Shown here: piece by piece, positions 50,086 to 61,116 of the stretch
Layout: each line of letters opens with the position of its first letter
How positions within the stretch are numbered: position 1 is the first letter of the stretch
Notes under the pieces: generated by a model
Told to the model about the DNA's origin: nothing
What the model saw: only the letters and a program-made list of their open reading frames with translations
Database searches by the model: none
Program-made: the position numbers and the translations under genes
Origin: Squalus acanthias
Taxonomy: Eukaryota
Direction: 5' to 3'
DNA: 64,000 bases
NCBI GenBank assembly: GCA_030390025.1
Contig: CM059432.1
Coordinates: forward strand, 23,996,001-24,060,000

Positions 50086-51810
50086 TCAGTATCCCGTCCC
50101 CGCCTTCTCTCCATAACCCTTAACCCCTTTTGCCTGTAGAAATATATCTAATTCCCTCTTAAATATATTTAATGAGCTGGCGTACACTGCCCTCTGTGGC
50201 AATGAGTTCCACAGGTTCACCACCCTCTGAGTGAAGAAATTCCCCCTCATTTCTGTCCTAAATGGTTTAGCCCTTATCCTTAAATTATGTCCTCTAGTTC
50301 TGTTCTCACCCGCCAAGGGAAACATTCCTTCTGCATCTAGTCTGTCTAGACCTGTCAGAATTTTATACACTTCTATGAGGTCCCCTCTCAATCTTCTAAA
50401 CTCCAGTGTGTACATCCCTAAACTACATAGTCTCTCCTCATAGGTCAATCCCGCCATTCCTGGTATCAGCCTGGTGAATCGCCGCTGCACCCCCTCCATG
50501 GCAAGAACATCTTTCCTCAGATGAGGCGACCAAAACTGTACACAGTACTCGAGGTGTGGTCTCACCAGTGCCCTGTACAGCTGCAGCAAGGTATCCCTGT
50601 TCCTGTATTCCAACCCTTTTGCTATGAAGGCCAGCATACCGTTTGCCTTCTTGATCGCCTGTTGCACCTGCATGCTCGCCTTCAGTGACTGGTGTACAAG
50701 AACACCCAGGTCTCTCTGTACTTCCCCCTCTCCCAATTTATTGCCATTTAAATAATAATTTGCCCTCCCGTTCCTGCACCCAAGGTGGATAACTTCGCAC
50801 TTGTCCACATTATAGTGCATCTGCCATTTATCCGCCCAATCACCCAGTCTGTCCAAATCGCTCTGGAGCTTCCTGGTCTCCTCCTCTGAGCCCACCCCCC
50901 CTCCTAGTTTAGTGTCGTCTGCAAATTTGGAAATGCTGCATCCGACTCCCTGATCCAGGTCATTAATGTAAATTGTGAACAGCTGGGGACCCAGGACAGA
51001 TCCCTGTGGTACCCCACTTGTTACTGCCTGCCATTCAGAAAATGAGCCGTTTATTCCAACTCTCTGTTTTCTATCTGACAGCCAGTTCTCTATCCACGTC
51101 AATACTTTCCCCTTTATCCCATGAGCTTCAATTTTCCCTGCTAATCTTTTATGTGGGACCTTATCGAAGGCCTTTTGGAAGTCCAGGTACACCACATCTA
51201 CTGGCTCTCCCCCATCTATTTTACCAGTTACTCCCTCAAAAAATTCCAATAGATTAGTCAAGCACGATTTACCCTTTGTAAATCCATGTTGACTCTGTCC
51301 TATCCTGTCCCCATTTGCTAAGTGCTCCGCTATTTCATCCTTAATGATGGACTCCAGCATTTTGCCCACAACTGATGTAAGGCTTACAGGTCTGTAATTA
51401 CCTGCTTTTTCCCTACCCCCCTTTTTGAATAGTGGGGTAACGTTAGCTACCCTCCAATCCATGGGCACTGTTCCCGAGTCTAATGAATTCTGAAAAATCA
51501 TACTTAGTGCATCCGCTATCTCTAGGGCCACCTCCTTCAGCACCCTAGAATGCATGTTATCAGGCCCTGGGGATTTGTCCGCCTTCAATCCCTTTAGCTT
51601 CCTTAACACCATATCCTTAGAGATATTGACTTGCGTCAGTTCCTCCTTTGCAAATGTCCCTATTTTTCCCGATATCCCAGGGAGGTTTTTTGTGTCTTCC
51701 TTCGTAAAGACTGACCCAAAGTATGCATTTAGTTGGTCTGCCATTTCTTTATTTCCCGTTATATATTCCCCCGTATCTGACTGCAATGGGCCAACTTTGG
51801 TTTTCACCAG
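50086..51810 (-). CDS. CR1 ORF2 reverse transcriptase part
   Basis: PGPD, NYRPVSLTSVVGK, LDFQKAFD, GVPQGSVLGP and FADD motifs. Confidence 0.95.
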   Translation of the reverse strand: MVKTKVGPLQSDTGEYITGNKEMADQLNAYFGSVFTKEDTKNLPGISGKIGTFAKEELTQVNISKDMVLRKLKGLKADKSPGPDNMHSRVLKEVALEIADALSMIFQNSLDSGTVPMDWRVANVTPLFKKGGREKAGNYRPVSLTSVVGKMLESIIKDEIAEHLANGDRIGQSQHGFTKGKSCLTNLLEFFEGVTGKIDGGEPVDVVYLDFQKAFDKVPHKRLAGKIEAHGIKGKVLTWIENWLSDRKQRVGINGSFSEWQAVTSGVPQGSVLGPQLFTIYINDLDQGVGCSISKFADDTKLGGGVGSEEETRKLQSDLDRLGDWADKWQMHYNVDKCEVIHLGCRNGRANYYLNGNKLGEGEVQRDLGVLVHQSLKASMQVQQAIKKANGMLAFIAKGLEYRNRDTLLQLYRALVRPHLEYCVQFWSPHLRKDVLAMEGVQRRFTRLIPGMAGLTYEERLCSLGMYTLEFRRLRGDLIEVYKILTGLDRLDAEGMFPLAGENRTRGHNLRIRAKPFRTEMRGNFFTQRVVNLWNSLPQRAVYASSLNIFKRELDIFLQAKGVKGYGEKAGTGY

Positions 51811-52228
51811 GGCAGCACGGTGGCATAGTGGTTAGCACTGGTGCCTCACAGCGCCAGAGACCCGGGTTCGAATCTGACCTCGGGTGACTGTCTGTGTGGA
51901 GTTTGCACATTCTCCCCGTGTCTGCGTGGGTTTCCTCCGGGTGCTCCGGTTTCCTCCCACAGTCCAAAAATGTGCGGGTTAGGTTGATTTGGCTATGATA
52001 AATTGACCCTAAGTGTTAGGGGGGGATTAAATATGTGGGGTTATGGGGATAGGATGGGATATGTTAGGGGGAATTAAATACGTGGGGTTACGGGGGTAGG
52101 GTGGGGATTAAAGCAGGGACAGGGTACTGGATTTGGATGATCAGCCATGATCGTATTGAATGGTGGAGCAGGCTCGACGGGCCGAATGGCCTACTCCTGC
52201 TCCTGGATTCTATGTCTATGTTTCTATG
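51810..52228 (+). mobile_element. HE1-like V-SINE inserted in CR1 ORF2
   Basis: gggcagcacggtggcatagtggttagcactg...gttcgaatc head, V-domain and CR1-type tail ending ttctatg. Confidence 0.9.
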
Positions 52229-53371
52229 TCTTTTCCTCTTGATATACTTATAAAAGCTTTTGGAGTTAGTTTTTATATTTTCCGCCAGCTTGCTTTCGTA
52301 AGCTATTTTGCCCCTCTTGATTAAGCCCTTTGTCCTCCTTTGCTCTATCTTAAACTGTTCCCAATCTTCCGCTCTGGCGCTTTTTTTGGCTATTTTATAC
52401 GCCCTATCTTTGGATTTTATGCTGTTTCTAATTTCCCCTGTTATCCACGGTTGAGTCACCTTTTTAGATTTCCTTTTATGCCAGATTGGTATAAACAATT
52501 TTTGCAATTTTGTCATTCTATCTTTAAATGCTTGCCATTGTTTATCTACCTCCAGTCCTCCCAGGAACGTTGTCCAATCAGACCTACTCAGTTCCCGTCT
52601 AATAGCATCATAATTCCCCTTGTTTAAATTCAGGACCTTAGTATCTGAGTCAATTTCTTCGCTCTCCATTTCGAGTGAGAAATCGATCATGTTATGATCG
52701 CTCTGGCCCAAGGGTCCCCGTACAACAAGATTACTAATTAGTCCCTTCTCATTGCACAGTACCCAGTCCAATATAGCCTGTTCCCGAGTTGGTTCCTCGA
52801 CATATTGATCCAGATAACCATCCCTTAAACACTCAAGGAATTCCTCCTCCTCATTATTTTTACTGATTAGGCTATTCCAATCTATATGTAAGTTAAAGTC
52901 ACCTATGATGACAGCTGTGCTCTTATTGCACGCTTCTCTAATTTCCCTCGTGATGCCCTCCCCAACCTCTATTTTACTATTTGGAGGCCTATATACCACT
53001 CCTATTAATGTTTTTCGCCCCTCGCTATTTCTTAGCTCCACCCATATAGATTCTGTATTAACTGAGTTAATATCCTTCCTTTCAATTGCATTTGTCCCTT
53101 CTTTTACCAGCAATGCTACCCCTCCTCCCTTTCTTTTTTGTCGATCCTTCCTAAATACTGAATACCCCTGTATGTTAAGCTCCCAGCCCTGCTCACCCTG
53201 CAACCATGTTTCCGTAATCCCAATTAGATCATAATTATTAACCTCTATTTCCACAGCTAATTCATCTACCTTGTTCCTGATGCTTCTCGCATTAAGGTAT
53301 AAAACCCTCAGGCTTTTTTTATGCTCACATTTTTTATGAATTGGTTTGGCCCTTTGTTTTTTGTTCCTCAC
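52229..53371 (-). CDS. CR1 ORF2 APE-type endonuclease part
   Basis: LYLNARSI, GITETW, GVVYRPP, GDFN and SDHN motifs. Confidence 0.95.
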
Positions 53372-53445
53372 CCTTTTACCATTTATTTCTGTCTGCCTTT
53401 CACTTTCCTCTATTTCACTACATAGGTTTCTAGCCCCCTGCCATA

Positions 53446-54393
53446 CTAGTTTAAATGCTCCCGAACTGCTTTATCAAAAATTACCCCGAGAACATCAGTT
53501 CCATCTTTGCACAGGTGTAGACCGTCCCTTTTGTATAGGTCACACCTACCACAAAACTGGTTCCAATGCCTCAAAAATTTAAAACCCTCCCTCTTACACC
53601 ACTGCTCAAGCCACGTATTTAGCCTAACTATCCTGTTCTCTGTACTCTTACTAGCACGTGGCACTGGTAGTAATGCAGAGATTACTACCTTCGAGGTCCT
53701 ACTTTTTAGCTTGGCTCCTAACTCCCTAAATTCTACTTGTAGGACCTCTTCCCTTTTTTTAGCTACGTCGTTGGTACCAACATGTATCACGACAACTGGC
53801 TGTTCCCCCTCCCCCTCCAGAATGTTCTGCACCCGCGCCGAGACATCCTTGACCCTTGCACCAGGGAGGCAACATACCATCCTGGAGTCTCGGTCGCGAC
53901 CACAGAAACTCCTATCTATTCCCCTTACAATCGAATCCCCTATTACTATAGCCCTGCCACTCTTTTTCCCTCCCTTCTTTGCAACAGAGCCAGTCATGGT
54001 GCCATGAGCCTGGCTGCTGGTGCCTTCCCCCGATGAGTCATCCCCCCCGACAACAGCACCTAAGGCGGTGAACCTGTTGCTAAGGGAGACAACCCCAGGG
54101 GATTTCTGCACTACCTTCCTGCCCTTGCTCTGCCTTTTGGTCACCCATGTACTATCTACGCTGGCCTTAACCTGCGGTGTGACCAACTCACTAAATGTGT
54201 TATCCACAACCCTCTCAGAATCGTGGATGCTCCAAAGTGAGTCCATCCGCAGCTCAAGGGCCGTCATGCGGTCCCACATGAGCTGCAGCTGGACACACTT
54301 CCCGCATACATGGTTGTCAGGGACACAGGAAGCGTCCCTGATTTCCCACATGTTACAGGAGGAGCATGACACAGGTCCGAGCTCTACTGCCAT
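53446..54393 (-). CDS. CR1 ORF1 (zinc finger/leucine zipper plus SGNH esterase)
   Basis: CSSC...CGKC, IGDSIVR, HVGTND and DGLHL motifs; intact 315 aa. Confidence 0.95.
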   Translation of the reverse strand: MAVELGPVSCSSCNMWEIRDASCVPDNHVCGKCVQLQLMWDRMTALELRMDSLWSIHDSERVVDNTFSELVTPQVKASVDSTWVTKRQSKGRKVVQKSPGVVSLSNRFTALGAVVGGDDSSGEGTSSQAHGTMTGSVAKKGGKKSGRAIVIGDSIVRGIDRSFCGRDRDSRMVCCLPGARVKDVSARVQNILEGEGEQPVVVIHVGTNDVAKKREEVLQVEFRELGAKLKSRTSKVVISALLPVPRASKSTENRIVRLNTWLEQWCKREGFKFLRHWNQFCGRCDLYKRDGLHLCKDGTDVLGVIFDKAVREHLN

Positions 54394-54677
54394 GACTTAA
54401 CCCTTATATTACTTTTTAATTTTCTAGTTTTAGTTTATTTATTGACTTTTGTTTTCCCGAAGCTTACTTAGACCAATGTATACTGTACTCCTCTTATTCC
54501 TTTTTAAACTAACCAAATCCCACTAGTTTTAGTTTTACTTTCTAGGAAGGTTTGAGGAAAGTACTTACCAGTTAGTCTTACCTCCCTGGTCTTTCGCTGA
54601 CTTCCCGGTCTTGTGTCCCCTCCTTAAATGCTGTTCACCTGGGTGCTTCCCACCTGGTCCGCTTCCGGTCTCGTCTC

Positions 54678-55055
54678 TCCCGACACTGGCCTCTGCAAAA
54701 AAAGCCCGCGAAAGTGAGTTTAAATACTCACTGTGCTGCTGCTCTCTCCGCTCCCGACACTGGCCTCTGCAAAAAAAGCCCGCGAAAGTGAGTTTAAATA
54801 CTCACTGTGCTGCTGCTCTCTCCGCTCCCGACACTGGCCTCTGCAAAAAAAGCCCGCGAAAGTGAGTTTAAATACTCACTGTGCTGCTGCTCTCTCCGCT
54901 CCCGACACTGGCCTCTGCAAAAAAAGCCCGCGAAAGTGAGTTTAAATACTCACTGTGCTGCTGCTCTCTCCGCTCCCGACACTGGCCTCTGCAAAAAAAG
55001 CCCGCGAAAGTGAGTTTAAATACTCACTGTGCTGCTGCTCTCTCCGCTCCCGACA
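54678..55055. repeat. 74-bp tandem monomers (~5) in the CR1 5' UTR
   Basis: Identical units; ORF starts recur at 54733, 54807 and 54881. Confidence 0.95.
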
Positions 55056-57204
55056 GGAGCAGCCACGATGATAAGAGAAAGATGGACGGTTTGGAGCCTG
55101 CAATTATAGTGCAAAATCTTCCGTTTCCCGCCCAACTTTAATGTCCATTCTTTTGTTTAGGGTCTGGCGCTCAAATGTCTTGTATGGGTGATCTCCGTTC
55201 TTAATGGGTTTCGGGGCTACTCGTAAATGTCTGAGTACCTGTTAATATTTCTCCCATTGTTAAATTGGTCGGTGTTCTCCCTGGGGGGGTTGTGGGGCTT
55301 CCAAGTGTTTTGTATAACTACCTGTTAACGGCTCTCTCATCGTAGAGTCGTTGGGATTTTACATATTAATGTCTTTTGGATGGGCCCTTGATTACTCGGT
55401 ACAATAGCTTTCATTTGTACCTGGGAGACCGATTTCAGTATTTATGTGTATACTGCAAACCCATAATGTCTCGTGTATTATCTTTACTGTGCTGAATCTT
55501 AATCGATCTTGCACAAATGTTTATTGGAACGCCATCTTGTCTGCCTGTTGAAAAGTCTAGAATGTTCTGTCACGAGGTGCGGCGGCCATTTTACAGGCTG
55601 CTTGTGTCCACTTTAAACCTGGCAGCATTCTGCTGAAATAAAAGCTGTTTGAACGAAACTCTGTGTTTTCTCCTTATTAATAAAATCGCGATATATTGCG
55701 AATTCTACAACCTAGTAGGGTAAGTACCCTTTTAATGACATTATAAATGATACTTACTGCCAATCCACCTCTCTGGCATCTAAATTCATTATTACAAGTG
55801 TGGCATCTCATTCTTTCAGGTTTTGAATTTTTCAGGGAGATTTTAAAAATGTTAAATTTTAAATAATTTTTCTTTCTTACTTTTCCTTCCTGTCTCCTTT
55901 TCTCTCTCTCTCTCTTAACCTGATCTTTCTTTCTCTTTCATTAGTTCTCTTTCTGTACCTGAATTGCAATTGATTAATTTACCCTTCTCAATCCTTCTGT
56001 GGTTTATTTTCCAATCGTTAAATCTCATTGGTTGCCCTCTTCACTCAGGTCCCAGATGCCCGGTTTCCCTCGCTGCGCCGTTATCAGCTCGCACTTGCAG
56101 CAACTTTGTGTGAAAAATTGTTTTGAGCTGAAGGGTGGAGGGACAAATCTAACTTACAGCAGATGCCGTTAGATGCCCTGTTACAGCAAAATTTAGCCCA
56201 TTAAATCGAAGCTCATCTGTCTTCTCAGGTGGATGTAAAAGATTCCATGATGCTATTTGAAAATCAGCAGGGTAGTTTAAAATAGATTATCTGGTCATTT
56301 ATTTCATTGCTGTTTGTGGAATCTTGTTGTGCGTAAATTGGCATCCGTGTTTCACTACATTGGCTACACCTCAAAAGCACTTCATTGACTGTGAAGTGGT
56401 TTGAGACATTGTGAAAGGTGTTATATAAATGCCTCTAGATAAGACAAACCAATCTTGACTGATGGCAATGGCCATTTCATCTTCCTCTGCATTCTTTTTT
56501 CAATCGGTCTTTTTAGCAGAACATAAGGATCAGAGACATCTGTTGGCAAACCCAGATGGAGGTCCACAGTAAAGAGATAGCAGAGTGTTATGGTAGCTTA
56601 GATAACCATGTTCTTTCTCAGTTTTACCATTATCGCCTGGAGGTAGGTCAATTTGAGTTCAGACATAAATATTCCAGTGTTTTTGTCAGTTCAGATCAGT
56701 GCTGTATCTTCTGTAATCCAAGTAAGGCTTGCGCATTCATTCACCATTACATCATTCTAAAGTTACTTAACCTGTTGTGGTTTGTTTTCCTTTCACTGGT
56801 GCAATGTTGTTCTATTTTGTTGTTAATTTTTTTTTTGCTTTTTCTTTTCTGTGAAACTGTAATAAAGGGAGATAGCTTAACCAAAATCATACTGTGCTTT
56901 TCATAGACAAAGTCCAACCACCTCCAGTCTTCCTACAAGTCTTGACTACAGTATCATAGATGCAAAATATCAAATTGAAAGTGTTGTGAGAAATGAAGAC
57001 CTTTAGATACCGCCCCAATAGTCACAGTTACCACTCAGCATAAAGCTGGGAATTATGATACTGGACTAGCAACCCAGAGATTGTGAGATCAAGTCCTAAC
57101 ATGACAATTTGTGAAACTAAATTTAATAAATAAGATCACTTATGGGCTAGCACTAGGAAATAAATGACAATGAAAGTTGTTGGATTGTTGCAAAATCCCC
57201 CTGT

Positions 57205-57725
57205 TAACCATGGCTCAGTGGTAGAATTCCTGCCCCTGAGTCAGAAGGTTGTGGGTTAAAGTCCTACTCCAGAGACCTGAATGCAAAATCAAGGCTGACA
57301 CTTCAGTAGAGTATTGAGGGAGTGCTGCACTGTTGGAGGTGCCATCTTTCAGATGAGGTGTTAAACTGATGCCCCGCCTGCCCTCTCTGGTGAATGTAAA
57401 AGATCCTATGGCTCTATTTTGAAGATGAGCAGGGGAAGGCAATTAGGAATGGATAATAAATGCTGGCCGTACCAGCGATGGCCACATCCCAGAAACAAAT
57501 TTTTGCCCGGTATTTTGGCCAATATATATTCCTCAACCAACATCACTAAAATATATTATCTGGTCATTATGACATTGCTGTTTGTGGGACCTAGCTGCGT
57601 GCAAATTGGCTGCCGCATTTCCTACATTACAACAGTAACTACACTTCAAAGGTACTTCATTGGCTGTAAAGCGCTTTGGGATGTCCTGAGGCCGTGACTG
57701 AATTATATAAATGCAAGTCTTTCTT
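57205..57725 (+). mobile_element. Deu-type SINE with a short LINE-tail insertion (~57438-57500)
   Basis: Head ccatggctcagtggtag...gagtcagaaggttgtggg and tail aaagcgctttgggatgtcctgagg. Confidence 0.75.
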
Positions 57726-60592
57726 CCTTCTTTCTTTTACTGGTTCACTAATGTTCTTCAGGGAAGGGAACTTTTACACGCTTATCTCTTATATTCTCTG
57801 AAATTACCTAGCAAGGACTCAGTTGTGAAAGAATCACTGTGGAAAAGAAGGCCCAACACTGCCTTCCCAGGGCAACTAAATGTGGCCTTGCCTACATCTC
57901 ATGTAGGTGTTGCCTACGTCTCAAGAACTAAGAAGAAAACAATTACACGAATCAATTGCTTAATTTACCGCTGGAAGTAAACTAAAATGCCTAATGAGCT
58001 AATTGCTATGATTCAAATATATTGACCCCTTACAATACATGCTTATGACTTCAAATTAATGTACATCAGAGATTGGTGATGGCAAACAAGAGAGTGGCAG
58101 CTGCATTTTTCCCAGTCTGACTTATTTATTGTCAAACATTTAATCGAAAAAAGAGCATTTCCTAAAACAGTCATAGCACCACAACACCAGGGAGGGAGGG
58201 AGGGAGGGAGGCATGAGGAGAGCTTTGATGCCCATCCTTTTCTTATATTTTATTACCTAAAGAAATTACATATGCATGGACAGTGTTAGCCAAGAATGTG
58301 TGCAAGATTCATTGATCCCCTCAAGGTTATCAGAAAACACTCAATTAACAAATGCCCCAAACATCTGGTAAGTATACACTACAGTTCCTCCTTCCATGGA
58401 ACCTGACCATGCAGTTAAATTAGTTGGGAAAACACTGTGCTTATATGTAATGTATTCAGAAACCCCAAAATAGTCCAACAGACAAACAAAACAGCCTCTG
58501 CGGAATGGTTCGTTGTTGCATTTCAGCAGATTTTGCAAGTCTCTGAGAAAATGGATCTGCAGCTGTCTGTCTCCAGTTCCACTGTACTTGTACTTGAGTT
58601 TTCTCAGCTGAGTTGTCTTCTTCCAGCTTCATCCCATCCATTGCCTGTTATTGGGCTATTTTCAGGACATAAGGGCCTTCCTCTCTTAATTAGCCGTCGA
58701 TTACCAGCTTTCCCTGCTGTCCTTCCAAATCAGCATAGAATCATTTTGCCTGTAAAATGCATAGATAAAAAACACTGTGACACAAATAATAAATGCAAAC
58801 GAGTTGACAACTGTCACTGATCAGTGTACAGAATGTATCGAGACGAAAAAAATCAGCTTCACCAAGTAAAAACACCACAGTTAATGAATTTCTCCCAGTT
58901 TAAATAATCCTCGCTTATACACACATAAGAAGTGCTGCATAATTCAGTGGATGACAAAAAACATAAGCTGATTTGCCCCTCCCATCAAAGCAATAATAAA
59001 ACCTGAATAGATTGTGTCTTATTTACAGGACAGAAGGTTGATTTGCATAGACTAACAGAGTCATGCACAATGAGGAGAAAGGGGAGAATTTGAAATAAGT
59101 AAGCTTGTCATCCGCACACAACCTTGCCATGAAGTCAGTCTTGATGTGATTATATCTATGAGACAGTCTTGGTTTTATTCATTTTTTTCTTCCCTTCCCG
59201 GTTTTGAAAATGCGTGTTTTCTCCCCAGCACACATAACCTACACTCTCCACGCTTCCTCATTATTCACAGGGGATTGGAGACTGTTTGCAGTTCCTGTTT
59301 AAATTAATAGATTATTTGGCATGAGCTACATCTTGTCTGGCAGTCATATGCTTTTGATTAACCACGCATAATGCAATGACAGCGTGTGGGTTAAAGCAAT
59401 TTCATACCAATCACTATCCATTATCCAAATCGTTATGACACATTGCAAGAGCTGACACATCTGCGGGTCCCACAAAGAGCACTCAGCCCGTCATTCGTGG
59501 ACCTGGGCACAAATCAGTGACAGTTAGAGAAAGCTGGTCCAAAGTCATTAGCATAGTAATGGGGAACTGAACCAATTACAATTAAAAGCGATGATTGGAA
59601 GCCATTTTGTCAGTAAACATGACAATAAATAAATGGTTTACAGAATGTAGGACGGGAAGCAGAAATTTTCACATTGTTTACGAAACAGTTGCAAGCTAAT
59701 TGGAAATGCTCAGCATTTTTGTTTAGTTTACATATAGATATTTAAAACAGACATTAATGTTCAGCCAAACGGAAAGGCTTCCCTTCCTCCTGTTTTAAAT
59801 GAATAATTTTAACCTAAGTTGGCTGTTGGAGGCTATGACTGTCATTCATTGATATGTCCCACTGTGTTTCACACAGGAAATAGTTGCAAATGGCAAAATG
59901 CAAAGTTTGTTAAATGGTTGTCACTTGGCCAATTTTGTGCTGGTACTATGTCATGTATGTTAGTAAGTGTACACTATGGAGGCTGATTGAGTAGGCACTG
60001 ACCTATTAGGCTTCAGCTTCATATCATCTGAGGCTAAAAATTCTTGTTGGTGGTATTAACTGATAAACGCCTTCATAATGTTATGGCACCTTTTTTGACC
60101 ATTTTTCCACAGAAATAATTTGGGGGAAAAAAATGGATGTTTAAAGCCAAGTGCTTTCTATCACATTTTAAACAAAAATGCATTTTGGTGAAAGATGGTT
60201 AATATACCAAAGGAAGTTGATTTGTCCATAGACTATAAATAATAAGCTATTCATTAGCGTGCCTCAGTAACCAATAAACACCTTATACCATTGCATTGGA
60301 AGGTTTTTAATCCCTTTCTGGCTTTTTACAGTGGAAGATAAAACACAGAAACACAGACACAGGCAGGCAGTTGGCTTTTCGAAATGGAAAGCTGTTAGGC
60401 ATCCAGGCCCAGAATAGACTACGATTAAAGGATTAGAAATGCTGGAAGGCAGTGAGAAATCATCTGCTTAAGTCAGGTAAGACAACCCACTAATGTGAGG
60501 CAGCGTGGCACATTCTTTATTTTGTATTATGACACAAGGATAAATTGTAATGATTGAATTCAGTGAGTCTGATCATAACTGCTACAATAGCC

Positions 60593-60770
60593 AAATACTG
60601 CGGATGCTGGAAATCTGAAATAACAATAGAAAATGCTGGAAATACTCAGCAGATTGGCTTTAAAAATCCAACATCAGTTCTGACGAAGGGTCCCAGACCT
60701 GAAACGTTAACTCTGTTTCTCTCTCCACAGATGCTGCCTGGCCTGCTGAGTGTTTCCAGCATTTTCTGTG
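60593..60770. mobile_element. Penelope-derived palindromic element with hammerhead-ribozyme motif
   Basis: Inverted arms agaaaatgctggaaatactcagcag / ctgctgagtgtttccagcattttct and core CTGACGA-agggtc..gacct-GAAACGTT. Confidence 0.65.
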
Positions 60771-61116
60771 ATCATAACTGCTGTTCTGTTTGCTCACTTT
60801 ACTGTGAAACAAAGTAGCTTATCGATTTGATAAGGCCTCTTCTCACCAAGCCTTTGACTGGTCTGCCTGTGGAGTGACTGAAGAAACAAACATACAAAAG
60901 ATGCAAATATCCAATTCAGGGATGCTACTGGTACACCCCTTCCAAAGTTACACTATCGTACAAGTAGATATTGAAGAATGTGAGTCAACTCCCACAAAGG
61001 TAAAATGCTCAGACTGATTACAGGAGAAATTGATACCACTGAACCTGTAAAGGTATCTACATCTGACCCAAATTACTACTAGCCTTGTATGAGATTCCTC
61101 TGTTTACTATTTTAGT

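Larger units (their letters stand above)
49985..55052 (-). mobile_element. Full-length young CR1 LINE
   Basis: Tandem-repeat 5' UTR, ORF1, ORF2 and (tctatgta)n tail. Confidence 0.95.
41440..55709 (-). mobile_element. Endogenous retrovirus-like provirus (LTR-gag-ORF2-env-LTR, no pol)
   Basis: Paired 1.6-kb LTRs with TG...CA ends, TSD acct (41436-41439 and 55710-55713), PBS, PPT, gag and env. Confidence 0.95.
49039..55709 (-). repeat. 5' LTR interrupted by a full-length CR1
   Basis: LTR halves at 49039-49984 and 55053-55709 rejoin at ...aaaaacaca|ggagcagcc. Confidence 0.95.
41170..56199. mobile_element. Harbinger-like MITE split by the provirus (41170-41439 and 55710-56199)
   Basis: Imperfect TIRs gggccacaattagctgt / acagcaaaatttagccc. 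Confidence 0.65.
41050..56432 (+). mobile_element. Deu-type SINE split in two (41050-41169 and 56200-56432)
   Basis: Head ends ...gctatctttcaaatgagaca and resumes ttaaatcgaagctcatctgtcttctcaggtggatgtaaaagat, colinear with the intact copies. Confidence 0.75.

Noticed and set aside
51810..51885. tRNA gene
   Set aside because: The A/B boxes run straight into the V-domain and LINE tail, so this is a SINE head. The same applies to the other tRNA-like heads.
54678..55055. Regular repeats as a CRISPR array, or the repeated 68-aa ORFs as genes
   Set aside because: Head-to-tail identical units with no unique spacers, in a eukaryotic LINE 5' UTR; the ORFs are by-products of the repeat.
58456..58752. 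Possible minus-strand exon after ttttacag
   Set aside because: No recognisable protein and no supporting exon chain.
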